Assembly (NCBI GenBank): GCA_015067715.1
Contig: SVLY01000002.1
Span: forward strand, 3,657 to 67,656
DNA length: 64,000 bases
Direction of reading: 5' to 3'
Source: Oscillospiraceae bacterium
GTDB taxonomy: Bacteria > Bacillota > Clostridia > Oscillospirales > QAMX01
Shown here: positions 41,241 to 50,484 of the stretch, piece after piece
Position numbering within the stretch: the first letter of the stretch is position 1
How the letters are laid out: the number at the start of each line of letters is the position of its first letter
Translations under genes and position numbers: made by a program
Notes under the pieces: model-generated
Database searches by the model: none
What the model saw: the letters and a program-made list of their open reading frames with translations, nothing else
Told to the model about the DNA's origin: nothing

Positions 41241-42092
41241 TTATTTTGCGTTTTTTGCGGCAAGCGCGGTATGGGCGGCGAGAATGGCGGTGGTGACGGA
41301 GCCGACACCTCCGGGAACGGGGGTGATGGCCGAAACGATGGGCTCGGCGGCGTCGAAATCAACGTCACCGCGAAGGCGGCCGGCGGCATCGTCCCAGTTT
41401 ATACCGACGTCAACGATGACCTGTCCCGGGGAAACGTGGTCTGCGCTTATCATGTTCATGCATCCGGCGGCGGCCACGACGACGTCCGCTTTTTTTGTCA
41501 CGGCGGCAATGTCCGGGGTGCGGGTGTGGCAAACGGTGACGGTGGCGTTGCGGGCAAGCAGAAGCATTGCGGCAGGCTTGCCAACGACGAGGCTTCTGCC
41601 AACCACGACGGCGCTCTTTCCGGTGCAGTCAACGCCGTAATGGTCCAGCACCCTTACCGCCGCCTCGGCGGTACAGGGGCAAAAGCCCTTTCCGGAGCCT
41701 GTGAACACGCCGGCAAGACTGCCCTCGGTGATGCCGTCAACGTCCTTTTCGGGGAGAAGAGCATCACGGACGGCCTTGAGATCAAGGTGGCGGGGCAGGG
41801 GGCTGAACACCAGAATACCGTGGACGGAGGGGTCGGAATTCAGCCTTTCAACGGCGGCCATAAGCTCCTCCTGGGTGGCGTCTGCGGGCAGAAGCTCCCG
41901 GCGGAAGGCTATGCCAACGGTCTCACAGCGCTTTGCGGCGCCACGCTCATAGGCGAGATCGTCGCTCCGCTCACCAACGCGGAGCACGGCAAGGGTTGGG
42001 GTCGTGCCTTTTTCCTTAAGCTGGGCAACCAGCGCAGAGGTCTCCTGGTCGATGGCGGCGGCAACCTCGGCGCCTTTCAGTAAAGTGGCCAT
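41241..42092 (-). CDS. folD: bifunctional methylenetetrahydrofolate dehydrogenase/methenyltetrahydrofolate cyclohydrolase
   Basis: MATLLKGAEVAAAI...PTLAVLRVGERSDDLAYERGAAKRCE...VHGILVFSPLP...GRSLVVGKP...TPVPGGVGSVT is a full-length FolD pattern. Confidence 0.9.
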   Translation of the reverse strand: MATLLKGAEVAAAIDQETSALVAQLKEKGTTPTLAVLRVGERSDDLAYERGAAKRCETVGIAFRRELLPADATQEELMAAVERLNSDPSVHGILVFSPLPRHLDLKAVRDALLPEKDVDGITEGSLAGVFTGSGKGFCPCTAEAAVRVLDHYGVDCTGKSAVVVGRSLVVGKPAAMLLLARNATVTVCHTRTPDIAAVTKKADVVVAAAGCMNMISADHVSPGQVIVDVGINWDDAAGRLRGDVDFDAAEPIVSAITPVPGGVGSVTTAILAAHTALAAKNAK

Positions 42093-42112
42093 AGTGTTTT
42101 AATCCTTTCGGG

Positions 42113-42727
42113 TCATTTTCTGACTCTGCGGGCGGTCTCGATGGCAATACCGTCGGCAAGGGGTACGTATTTGTCAAGAAGTGCGTCCGCCTCGGCGTTC
42201 AGCGCCTCTGCGGTGGCGGCGTTTTTCATAAGGCCGGTGTTGATGAAAACGTTAAGGCTTGCGCCCTTCATTGCCGCGGCGGCAAGTGCGGCGCCAACGC
42301 CAACGTCGGAAACGGCAAGAACGCTGCCCTTGTTCAGCATTTCAGAGAGGACGTCCGTAACCTCGGCGCAAACGCGCATCATCTCAAGGGGAGGCTGAGA
42401 TGCGTCGTACAGGGCTTTTTCCATAATGCCCTCCCGGGCGGGATCGTCTTTTGGAATGCCGTAGGCCCGTGAGAGGGGCTCAAAGGCCCGCGCGTCCTCC
42501 TCGATAAGGGAGAGAAGCTTTTTCTCCGCGGCCTTTGCCCGGAGCATAAGGGCTTTGACGTCCTCCTCAACGGCGGCGTATTTGGGCTTGCCCACGGTGA
42601 GATTGCCAACCATGGAAGCCAGCGCGGCGCCAAGAGCGCCCACAAGGGCGGATGCTCCGCCTCCGCCGGGAACGGCGGCTTTGGAAGACAGCTTTTCGGT
42701 GAAATCGGAAAGAGAAAGCTCAAGCAT
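42113..42727 (-). CDS. fchA: cyclodeaminase/cyclohydrolase family protein (FTCD C-terminal-like, FchA type)
   Basis: PGGGGASALVGALGAALASMVGNLTVGK is the hallmark N-terminal motif. 204 aa, adjacent to folD. Confidence 0.8.
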   Translation of the reverse strand: MLELSLSDFTEKLSSKAAVPGGGGASALVGALGAALASMVGNLTVGKPKYAAVEEDVKALMLRAKAAEKKLLSLIEEDARAFEPLSRAYGIPKDDPAREGIMEKALYDASQPPLEMMRVCAEVTDVLSEMLNKGSVLAVSDVGVGAALAAAAMKGASLNVFINTGLMKNAATAEALNAEADALLDKYVPLADGIAIETARRVRK

Positions 42728-43478
42728 TTTGTGTTTCCTCCTTAAGTCTGTAAAGATAGTATCTGCCGCTTTTACCAGTACGCTGGGTTATTCCGGCGCG
42801 GGTGAGAAGGGTGAGTGCGCTCTGGGCAACGGCGGGCTTTACCCTGCCAAGCTTTGCAAGCTGGGCGGAGGTGAACTCCAACGGAAGCTCCGGGGGCAAA
42901 AGCAGAGCCAGATCGGCCTGTGTGCGGATGAATATTTCGTCCGTAAGGTCGGAAGGTACCCTGTCGTAGCGCACCGTGCCCCGGCGGGAGTGTTTTTTGT
43001 CCGGAACGCGGTAATCGTCCACGTGGAAAAACATAAGCCGGAGGGTGAGATTTTCGTGGCCGATGTATTTTTCGATCTTGCAAAGCTCGGCAAAGGCGGA
43101 AAAGGCCGTTCCGGTCACGGGACTTTTCCGTCCGCCGGAGACAGAGCCGTCCTCCGGGGAGATATGCCACACCCGTCGGCTCTGGGCGATGGGCAGTACA
43201 ACGGTGACCCGGACGAGGGGCAGAAATTCCTCAAGCTTTGGTCTGAGCTTTTCAAAGGCCCGTGTCTGGATCTCGATCACCCCGTCCTCTCCCGCGATGT
43301 CTGCGGTGCGGCGGCCGAGGGTAACCTCCCGGCAGAGCTCGCTGGGCTCGAGATACAGCTTTATTGTGGCGTGGAGCGTGCGTTCGTTAAGAACGCCGAT
43401 ACCGCCGGCAGCTTTCTCACGGGCGAGAGCTTCGTCCCGGGCAGAGAGAAAGCGCCGGCGGTCTGTATCGGTTATCAT
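42720..43478 (-). CDS. hypothetical protein, possible PD-(D/E)XK nuclease-like fold with C-terminal winged-helix-like tail
   Basis: 252-aa ORF overlapping the fchA start by 8 nt. The segment RRTADIAGEDGVIEIQT resembles a D...E.Q/K nuclease core. The assignment is tentative. Confidence 0.55.
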   Translation of the reverse strand: MITDTDRRRFLSARDEALAREKAAGGIGVLNERTLHATIKLYLEPSELCREVTLGRRTADIAGEDGVIEIQTRAFEKLRPKLEEFLPLVRVTVVLPIAQSRRVWHISPEDGSVSGGRKSPVTGTAFSAFAELCKIEKYIGHENLTLRLMFFHVDDYRVPDKKHSRRGTVRYDRVPSDLTDEIFIRTQADLALLLPPELPLEFTSAQLAKLGRVKPAVAQSALTLLTRAGITQRTGKSGRYYLYRLKEETQNA

Positions 43479-43492
43479 TTTATTGATTTTTC

Positions 43493-44668
43493 TTATTCGG
43501 TGGCGAAGTTGGTGAAGTAGCCCTTGATGAAGACAACGGGTGTGCCGCGGTCGCCGCTGCCGCTTACCAGGTCGCAGAGAGAACCGATAAGGTCGGAGTA
43601 ACGGCGGGGAGTGGTGCCCTGGCTCTGCATGCTGCCAACAAGGCTTCCGTCCTTTTCGGCGATGGCGGAGCGCATTGCCTCTTCAAGCTCTTCGCCGGAG
43701 AGGTTGGCAAAGTCGTTGTCGGCAAAATACTTCAGCTTCAGCTCGTTGGGAGTGCCGTCCAGACGGGGAGTGTGGGCAGGGGAGACAACGGGGTCTGCAA
43801 GCTCCCAGATGCCGCCGATGGGATCCTTAAAGCCGCCGTCACCGTAGACGAGGACTTCGATGGTGGTGCCGGTGAGCTCGCGGACCTTTGCCTGAAGTGC
43901 GGAGACAAACTCGTCACAGGCGCGGGGGAAGAGCTTAACGGTGGTGTCGGTGGCCTTGTTTGAGCCAAGGAGACCGTACTTTTCGTTGTAGCCGCTGCCG
44001 TCAACGGATTCGGTCAGGAGCTGGTCAAGGGAGAAGACCTTTTCGGCGCCTGCGGCAACAAGACGGCGACGGGTGCGGAAACGGGTGTGAATGTCGCAGT
44101 TGATAACGTTTTTGGTGTACTTAAGGATATTGGTGGGGTCGTTGGAGAAGACGATCTCGATATTGTCCCCAAGGGATTTATAGTATTCTATGTAGTCGAT
44201 GCCGGTGAAGCGGTGGACAGTCTTTCCGAAGGTGGCGCGGAAATCGGCCTCTTCGAAGCAGGCATTGGGAAGAACGCCGCGCTCGTCCATAAGATCGGGG
44301 TCGAAAAGCAGGTTGCCGACCTCGTCAGAGGGGAAGGAGAGCTGAACGTAAAGCTTTTCGCAGGACATTGCGAATGCCTTGAGAACGGTTGCGAAACGGT
44401 TGCGGCTGAGAATGGGGAAAACAATGCCCATGTCCTTGCCGCCAAGACGGGCTTTGGTATCTTTTGCGATCTGCTCGATCGTGGCGTAGTTAGACTGGGT
44501 ACGGGCGACGACTGCCTCGGTGATGCCGACGATATCTCCCTCTTCGATGGGGAAGCCTTCGTTGTTTGCGGCCCTGAGAAGATTTTCAGCCACCAGGCTG
44601 ACAAGATCGTCTCCGGCGCGGAATACGGGCATGACGATACCTCTTGCTGTGACACCGGTGTAACGCAT
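43493..44668 (-). CDS. F420-0:gamma-glutamyl ligase (CofE) family protein
   Basis: ORF trimmed to MRYTGVTARGIVMPVFRAGDDL (ATG at 44668, downstream of the promoter). GDIVGITEAVVARTQ, YGLLGSNKA and GDRGTPVVFIKGY match the CofE-domain pattern. Confidence 0.7.
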   Translation of the reverse strand: MRYTGVTARGIVMPVFRAGDDLVSLVAENLLRAANNEGFPIEEGDIVGITEAVVARTQSNYATIEQIAKDTKARLGGKDMGIVFPILSRNRFATVLKAFAMSCEKLYVQLSFPSDEVGNLLFDPDLMDERGVLPNACFEEADFRATFGKTVHRFTGIDYIEYYKSLGDNIEIVFSNDPTNILKYTKNVINCDIHTRFRTRRRLVAAGAEKVFSLDQLLTESVDGSGYNEKYGLLGSNKATDTTVKLFPRACDEFVSALQAKVRELTGTTIEVLVYGDGGFKDPIGGIWELADPVVSPAHTPRLDGTPNELKLKYFADNDFANLSGEELEEAMRSAIAEKDGSLVGSMQSQGTTPRRYSDLIGSLCDLVSGSGDRGTPVVFIKGYFTNFATE

Positions 44669-44722
44669 TGTGTGGTTCCGACCTTTCATGGTAAAACTTA
44701 TCGCAGTAAAACTGCACTCTAC

Positions 44723-44751
44723 AGTATAATGCCATTTTGTCTGTTTGTCAA
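44723..44751 (-). promoter_or_regulatory. sigma-A type promoter (TTGACA-17-TATACT)
   Basis: On the reverse strand, TTGACA is at 44751..44746 and TATACT at 44728..44723. Confidence 0.5.
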
Positions 44752-44838
44752 GTGCGAAGTTTGGGATTAAGTGTAATTTTAACATAATTAACTAATTGGA
44801 ATCCGGGAGCAAAAAAAATAATTGGCATAATTTGAGTG

Positions 44839-44867
44839 TTGACACGGGAGAAAAACAGTAATATAAT
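44839..44867 (+). promoter_or_regulatory. sigma-A type promoter (TTGACA-17-TATAAT) of the thrS T-box leader
   Basis: TTGACA at 44839..44844 and TATAAT at 44862..44867. Confidence 0.7.
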
Positions 44868-44874
44868 AATATAA

Positions 44875-45131
44875 AAGCGGAGAAGGGGACATGTCCTCTT
44901 TGGGTCTGCTTCCCACCCCAGAGATAAGAGCCTTGGCTGTGAGCTCTTTGCCGGGAAGTCCCAGGAGCGGTACCGCCCCGGAGCTCCTCCGGCGAAGGTT
45001 TTTATTCTGCGTAGCCGAAGGCGGATGCGTCCGTTACAGCGCGTTAAGTGACAAATCAGGGTGGAACCGCGGGTTATGATCTTTATCGCCCGCCCCTTGG
45101 ATTTAATTCCCGGGGGCGGGCTTGTTTTTTT
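44875..45131 (+). promoter_or_regulatory. T-box riboswitch leader (threonine) with terminator
   Basis: AGAGA box (CCAGAGATAAG ~44918). T-box sequence AATCAGGGTGGAACCGCGGG (~45054..45073). Terminator GCCCGCCCC...GGGGGCGGGC (45088..45121) plus a T-run. Candidate ACC (Thr) specifier at 44972..44974, with low certainty. Located upstream of thrS. Confidence 0.85.
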
Positions 45132-45169
45132 GCCGCCCGGGAGAAATTTGAAAGGAACGGTTTATCACT

Positions 45170-46936
45170 ATGGAAAACTACGACGAACTGCGCACACTGC
45201 GCCACACGGCCTCCCATATTATGGCTCAGGCTGTGAAACGCCTCTTCCCCGAGGTAAAGCTTGCCATCGGTCCTGCAACGGACACCGGCTTTTACTACGA
45301 TTTTGACAATGCCGAGGCCATCACTGCCGAGGATCTTCCCAAAATCGAAGCCGAGATGAAAAAGATCGTCAAGTCCAACCTTCAGCTCAAGCGCTACGAG
45401 CTCCCCAGAGCCGAGGCTATCGCCTTTATGGAAGAAAAGGGCGAGCCCTATAAGGTCGAGCTCATCAACGACCTCCCCGAGGACGCCGTTATCAGCTTCT
45501 ACGAGCAGGGCGACTTTACCGACCTCTGCGCAGGCCCCCATCTGCGCTACACCAGCGGCGTAAAGGCCTATAAGCTTCTCAGCATCACCGGCGCTTACTG
45601 GCGCGGAAACGAAAAGAACAAAATGCTCCGCCGCATCTACGGCACTGCCTTCAAGACCAGGGACGAGCTGGATGCCTATATCGCCGCCCAGGAAGAAGCC
45701 CGCCGCCGCGACCATAACAAGATCGGCAGAGAGCTTGAGTATTTCACCACCGTGGACGTTATCGGCCAGGGTCTGCCCATCCTTCTGCCCAAGGGCGCAA
45801 AGGTCATTCAGCTTCTCCAGCGCTTCGTTGAGGACGAAGAGGCCAGACGGGGCTATCTGCTCACCAAGACCCCCCTTATGGCAAAGCGCGAGCTCTACAA
45901 GATCTCCGGCCACTGGGATCACTATCTTGACGGTATGTTCATTCTGGGCGACCCCGCCGACGAGACCAAGGAGTGCTTTGCCCTCCGTCCCATGACCTGC
46001 CCCTTCCAGTATCAGGTCTATCTCAACAGAATGCGCTCCTACCGCGACCTGCCCATGAGACTGGGTGAGACCTCCACCCTTTTCCGTAACGAGGATTCCG
46101 GCGAGATGCACGGTCTTATCCGCGTTCGCCAGTTCACCATTTCCGAGGGTCACCTCGTCCTCCGTCCCGAACAGCTTGCAGAGGAGTTCAAGGGCTGTCT
46201 TGATCTTGCCAACTTCATGCTTGACGCCGTCGGCCTGAGAGAGGACTGCTCCTACCGCTTCTCCCAGTGGGATCCCGCAAACCCCAACAACAAGTACGAG
46301 GGCACCGCAGAGCAGTGGGAAGAGGCTCAGAGGATCATGAAGGAGCTTTTGGACGACTGCGGAATCGACTATTCCATCGGCATCGACGAGGCCGCCTTCT
46401 ACGGACCCAAGCTTGACATTCAGATCAAGAACGTCTTCGGCAAGGAAGACACCCTCATCACCATCCAGATCGACATGCTCCTGGCCGAAAGGTTCGGCAT
46501 GGAATATATAGACACCGACGGCTCAAAGCGCCGCCCCTATATCATCCACCGCACCTCTCTGGGCTGCTACGAGAGAACTCTCGCCCTCATCCTCGAGAAG
46601 TACGCCGGCGCTCTGCCTGCATGGATCGCTCCCGAGCAGATCCGCGTTCTGCCCATCACCGACAGAGCCCACGAATACGCCAAAGAGGTTCTTGCCCGTC
46701 TCCGGGCCGAAGGCTTCCGCTGTGACATTGACCTGCGCAGCGAAAAGATCGGCTACAAGATCCGCGAGGCTCAGATGCAGAAGCTGCCCCTCATGCTCAT
46801 GATCGGCGACAAGGAAGTTGAAAGCGGCTCCGTCTCAGTCCGTGAACGCGCCGAGGGCGACAAGGGTGCAATGTCCCTTGAGGACTTCATCGCCTTTGCC
46901 AAAGAATACGCCGCCGCTCCCAGGGCAAAGAAATAA
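45170..46936 (+). CDS. thrS: threonine--tRNA ligase (short form lacking the N-terminal TGS domain)
   Basis: 588 aa starting MENYDELRTLRHTASHIMAQAV (second-additional/editing domain HxxxH). Class II core (FRNEDSGEMHGLIRVRQFT) and C-terminal anticodon-binding domain. Confidence 0.9.
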   Translation: MENYDELRTLRHTASHIMAQAVKRLFPEVKLAIGPATDTGFYYDFDNAEAITAEDLPKIEAEMKKIVKSNLQLKRYELPRAEAIAFMEEKGEPYKVELINDLPEDAVISFYEQGDFTDLCAGPHLRYTSGVKAYKLLSITGAYWRGNEKNKMLRRIYGTAFKTRDELDAYIAAQEEARRRDHNKIGRELEYFTTVDVIGQGLPILLPKGAKVIQLLQRFVEDEEARRGYLLTKTPLMAKRELYKISGHWDHYLDGMFILGDPADETKECFALRPMTCPFQYQVYLNRMRSYRDLPMRLGETSTLFRNEDSGEMHGLIRVRQFTISEGHLVLRPEQLAEEFKGCLDLANFMLDAVGLREDCSYRFSQWDPANPNNKYEGTAEQWEEAQRIMKELLDDCGIDYSIGIDEAAFYGPKLDIQIKNVFGKEDTLITIQIDMLLAERFGMEYIDTDGSKRRPYIIHRTSLGCYERTLALILEKYAGALPAWIAPEQIRVLPITDRAHEYAKEVLARLRAEGFRCDIDLRSEKIGYKIREAQMQKLPLMLMIGDKEVESGSVSVRERAEGDKGAMSLEDFIAFAKEYAAAPRAKK

Positions 46937-46963
46937 TATATTAAATAGGAAGTTGGCTTACTG

Positions 46964-47677
46964 ATGATCCGACTGGACCGATACCTTTCGGAGGCCGGAG
47001 TGGGAAGCCGCAGTGAAGTTAAAAAGCTTATCGCGTGGGGAAGGGTCACGGTGGACGGAAAGGTCTGCCGTGACCCCTCCGCAAAGATAGCGGAAAACTC
47101 TGCGGTCACCGTCGACGGCAAACCGGAAATAAGAACTGAATTCCGAACCATTGCAATGAACAAGCCCGCAGGCTATCTGAGCGCCACGGAGGATAAGAAT
47201 CTTCCCACCGTTTCCGACCTGCTTACCGACCGCTATGCAAGATTCGACCTGAAGCCTGCAGGCAGGCTGGACAGGGACACCGTTGGTCTGCTTATCATGA
47301 CAAACGACGGCGCTCTGAACCACGGCATTATCTCTCCGGGCAGGGGAGTGAGCAAGGTCTACGAGGCTCGTCTTGACGCGCCCCTTCCGCCGGATGCCGC
47401 AGAACGGCTTGCCTCCGGCGTTACTCTTGAGGACGGGTATACCTGTCTTCCGGCGGAGCTGATGTCTTACAGCGCCGAAGAGGACCTTGCCCGCATAAAG
47501 GTGCACGAAGGAAAGTACCACCAGGTAAAGCGCATGTTTGCCTCCCTTGGGGCAAACGTTGTTGCGCTGAAGCGTTTGTCGGTGGGGCCCGTGGAGCTGG
47601 GGGACCTGGCCGAGGGTGAATTCCGGGAGCTTTCCGGCGAAGAACTGGCCGGATTATACCGCGCGGCGGGCCTGTGA
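46964..47677 (+). CDS. RsuA/RluB-family pseudouridine synthase
   Basis: MIRLDRYLSEAGVGSRSEVKKLI (S4 domain) and catalytic GRLDRDTVGLLIMTNDG. Confidence 0.85.
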   Translation: MIRLDRYLSEAGVGSRSEVKKLIAWGRVTVDGKVCRDPSAKIAENSAVTVDGKPEIRTEFRTIAMNKPAGYLSATEDKNLPTVSDLLTDRYARFDLKPAGRLDRDTVGLLIMTNDGALNHGIISPGRGVSKVYEARLDAPLPPDAAERLASGVTLEDGYTCLPAELMSYSAEEDLARIKVHEGKYHQVKRMFASLGANVVALKRLSVGPVELGDLAEGEFRELSGEELAGLYRAAGL

Positions 47678-47891
47678 ATATTGCCCATAATGACGGACGA
47701 AAACCAAAAATTGAGTTCAAATTTGAATAGACTATGTCTTAATTATGAACGGAATGTAAACGACCTCTGGAATACGGACATATTGCCTAAAAATTGGCTC
47801 CGGTTTTTGTTGACTTAAACAATTTACAAACCGCCTGAAATATGGTATCCTTTATGCAGTTAAATCACTCGCTTTTGGAGGATGGAGAAAA

Positions 47892-49004
47892 ATGGCAAGT
47901 TTGAAGCTTCAGGGTATCTACAAGAAGTACCCCGGCGGCGTTGTCGCTGTTTCTGATTTTAACCTTGATATCAAGGACAAGGAATTCATCATCTTTGTCG
48001 GACCTTCCGGTTGCGGCAAGACCACCACACTTCGTATGATCGCCGGTCTCGAAGAGATCACTGAAGGCGACCTGTTCATCGGCGATAAGTACGTTAACGA
48101 CATCGCCCCCAAGGACAGAGACATCGCGATGGTTTTCCAGAACTATGCTCTGTACCCCCACATGAGCGTTTTCGAGAACATGGCTTTCGGTCTCAGACTC
48201 CGCAAGACCCCCAAGGAAGAGATCAAGCGCCGCGTTGAAGAAGCCGCTAAGATTCTTGACATTGCTCACCTGCTCGACAGAAAGCCCAAGGCTCTCTCCG
48301 GCGGCCAGAAGCAGCGTGTCGCTCTGGGACGTGCTATCGTCCGTAACCCCAAGGTCTTCCTTCTTGACGAGCCTCTGTCCAACCTGGACGCCAAGCTCCG
48401 TGCTCAGATGAGAACCGAGCTCACCAAGCTCCATCAGAAGCTGGCCACCACCTTTATCTACGTTACCCACGACCAGGTCGAGGCTATGACCATGGGTACC
48501 CGTATCGTCTGCATGAAGGACGGTATCATCCAGCAGGTCGCAGCTCCCCAGGTTCTGTACGAATATCCCGCTAACCTGTTCGTCGCTACCTTTATCGGCA
48601 CTCCCCAGATGAACATCTTCGACGCAACTCTCCTCGACGAGGGCGGCCACACTTACATCAAGTTTGGCGAGAACAAGCTCATGCTCCCCGACGAGAAGGG
48701 CCGCAACCCCGAAGTTCTGGCTTACGCCGACCAGCAGGTCATCATCGGTATCCGTCCTGAGTGCATCAGCGACGATCCCGCCGACCTGGAGAAGAACAAG
48801 GACGCCATCGTCACTTGCGACGTCGACGTTGTCGAGCAGCTCGGCTCCGTCACCTACCTCTACCTCACCTGTGAAAAGGTCAACCTCACTGCCAGCGTTA
48901 ACGCCCGCAGCAAGGCCCGCCACGGCGACACCGTTAAGGTCGCCCTTGATATGAACAGAGTCCATCTGTTCGACAAGGAAACCGAGCACGTTATCGCAGG
49001 CTGA
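47892..49004 (+). CDS. sugar ABC transporter ATP-binding protein (MsmK/UgpC/MalK type)
   Basis: GPSGCGKTT, LSGGQKQRVALGRA and LLDEPLSNLD, plus a C-terminal TOBE-like regulatory domain. No adjacent permeases. Confidence 0.9.
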   Translation: MASLKLQGIYKKYPGGVVAVSDFNLDIKDKEFIIFVGPSGCGKTTTLRMIAGLEEITEGDLFIGDKYVNDIAPKDRDIAMVFQNYALYPHMSVFENMAFGLRLRKTPKEEIKRRVEEAAKILDIAHLLDRKPKALSGGQKQRVALGRAIVRNPKVFLLDEPLSNLDAKLRAQMRTELTKLHQKLATTFIYVTHDQVEAMTMGTRIVCMKDGIIQQVAAPQVLYEYPANLFVATFIGTPQMNIFDATLLDEGGHTYIKFGENKLMLPDEKGRNPEVLAYADQQVIIGIRPECISDDPADLEKNKDAIVTCDVDVVEQLGSVTYLYLTCEKVNLTASVNARSKARHGDTVKVALDMNRVHLFDKETEHVIAG

Positions 49005-49026
49005 TAAAAAAGCGTTGTTAATAAAA

Positions 49027-49055
49027 CCGAAGGGATTTTTCCCTTCGGTTTTTTA
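49027..49055 (+). terminator. rho-independent terminator
   Basis: CCGAAGGG attttt CCCTTCGG followed by TTTTTT. Confidence 0.8.
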
Positions 49056-49084
49056 TTTTTCCTCTTCCGCATATCCATATTATT

Positions 49085-50467
49085 GTGAACGATCCGGAAT
49101 GGGGAGATGATTGGGTTTTGAGTTGGGCAGGTGTTTTGCTTGAGAATATTTCGGCGGCCTTTTGGGGAGTTCCGGCTATTTTGCTGTTCGTGGGGGGAGG
49201 CGCCTATGCCACGGTGAGGCTGGGGTTTGCTCAGTTCAGATTCCTTGGCAGAGCCTTTGTAACCGCGTTTAAGCCTGAGAAGGGTAAGAACTCGCTTTCT
49301 GCCCTTGCGGCCTCTCTGGGGGCTGTTATGGGGCCGGGGAACATCGTTGGAGTTGCCTCTGCATTGCTTCTTGGGGGAAGCGGAGCGATATTCTGGATGT
49401 GGGTCTCTGCGTGGCTTGGAATGGCGCTGAGGTATGCCGAGAGCTTTCTTGCGGTTAAATACCGTGTAAAGAAAAACGGGATCAACCGCGGGGGAGCGAT
49501 GTACGTTTTCCAGGAAAAGGGAATGAGAGGCATGGCCGTCTTTTTTGCGGTATCCGGTATCGCCGTATCCCTTATCATGGCCTGTGCCGTGCCCTCTTCT
49601 GCCGTTGGCAGATCCTTTGAGCTCTCCCGGGGGATCCCCACGGTATTAACCGGAGCTGTGCTTTCGGCATATACTGCAATTGTGGTGTTCGGCGGAGCAA
49701 AGCGGATCGTCGCCGCGGCGGAGGTTATCGTTCCGGCGGTGTGTATCTTCTACGGGGGAATTTCTCTTGCGGCTTTTGCCGTTCACCCCGGTGAGCTTAT
49801 AAATGCTTTTGCATCAATATTCACTTCGGCCTTCAGTTTTAAGGCGGGACTTGGGGGGCTTCTTGGGGGTGCGGTGCGCTTCGGCCTTTCCCGGGGTGTT
49901 TTCTCCCATGAGGCCGGAATGGGCACGGACCCCATGTTTGCCGCTTCCACTAATGAGGAAGACCCGTGCTCCCAGGGGCTCGTTTCAATGCTGGGACCCT
50001 TTCTGGACACGGTCGTCTTTTGCAGTCTGACGGGGATTGCGGTGCTTATTTACGGCGGCTCCGGGGGAGAGGAGGCAGATCTTGTGAGATCGGCATATTC
50101 TTCATTCTTTCCCGGATTTGGAGCTTTTGCCTTGGATGCGGTGCTGCTTTTGTTGGTTTTGGCAACACTTTCCTCCTGGGCGTTTTACGGGGAGAGCTGT
50201 GTTTATTACCTTTCGGAGAAGCCGCTCTGGACTTATATTTACAGGGGCTTTTACGCTGCAGTTCCGCTTTTTGCCGCAGGTGTCCGCCCGGGAATATTGC
50301 TGACCCTGGGGGACATTGCTACTGCCTGTATGGCGGTTCCAAACGTGATATTGTGCATTTTGTTTATATGTGAGGTAAAATGTCCTCCAAAAAACCGATT
50401 TATCAGCACATCTTCCGTTGACAAAATACGTGTAAAAAGGTATCATATGGACAATGAAAAATTATAG
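49085..50467 (+). CDS. alanine/glycine:cation symporter (AGCS) family transporter
   Basis: 460-aa polytopic ORF. LLFVGGGAYATVRLGFAQFR and FSHEAGMGT motifs of the AGCS family. The GTG start is uncertain. Confidence 0.8.
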   Translation: MNDPEWGDDWVLSWAGVLLENISAAFWGVPAILLFVGGGAYATVRLGFAQFRFLGRAFVTAFKPEKGKNSLSALAASLGAVMGPGNIVGVASALLLGGSGAIFWMWVSAWLGMALRYAESFLAVKYRVKKNGINRGGAMYVFQEKGMRGMAVFFAVSGIAVSLIMACAVPSSAVGRSFELSRGIPTVLTGAVLSAYTAIVVFGGAKRIVAAAEVIVPAVCIFYGGISLAAFAVHPGELINAFASIFTSAFSFKAGLGGLLGGAVRFGLSRGVFSHEAGMGTDPMFAASTNEEDPCSQGLVSMLGPFLDTVVFCSLTGIAVLIYGGSGGEEADLVRSAYSSFFPGFGAFALDAVLLLLVLATLSSWAFYGESCVYYLSEKPLWTYIYRGFYAAVPLFAAGVRPGILLTLGDIATACMAVPNVILCILFICEVKCPPKNRFISTSSVDKIRVKRYHMDNEKL

Positions 50468-50484
50468 GTATTACGGAGCAATTC

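Noticed and set aside
41052-42083. 343-aa plus-strand ORF.
   Set aside because: It is antisense to folD, which has an unmistakable full-length match pattern. The plus-strand translation is Gly-rich and low-complexity.
45083-46153. 356-aa minus-strand ORF.
   Set aside because: It is antisense to thrS and runs through the T-box terminator. No SD.
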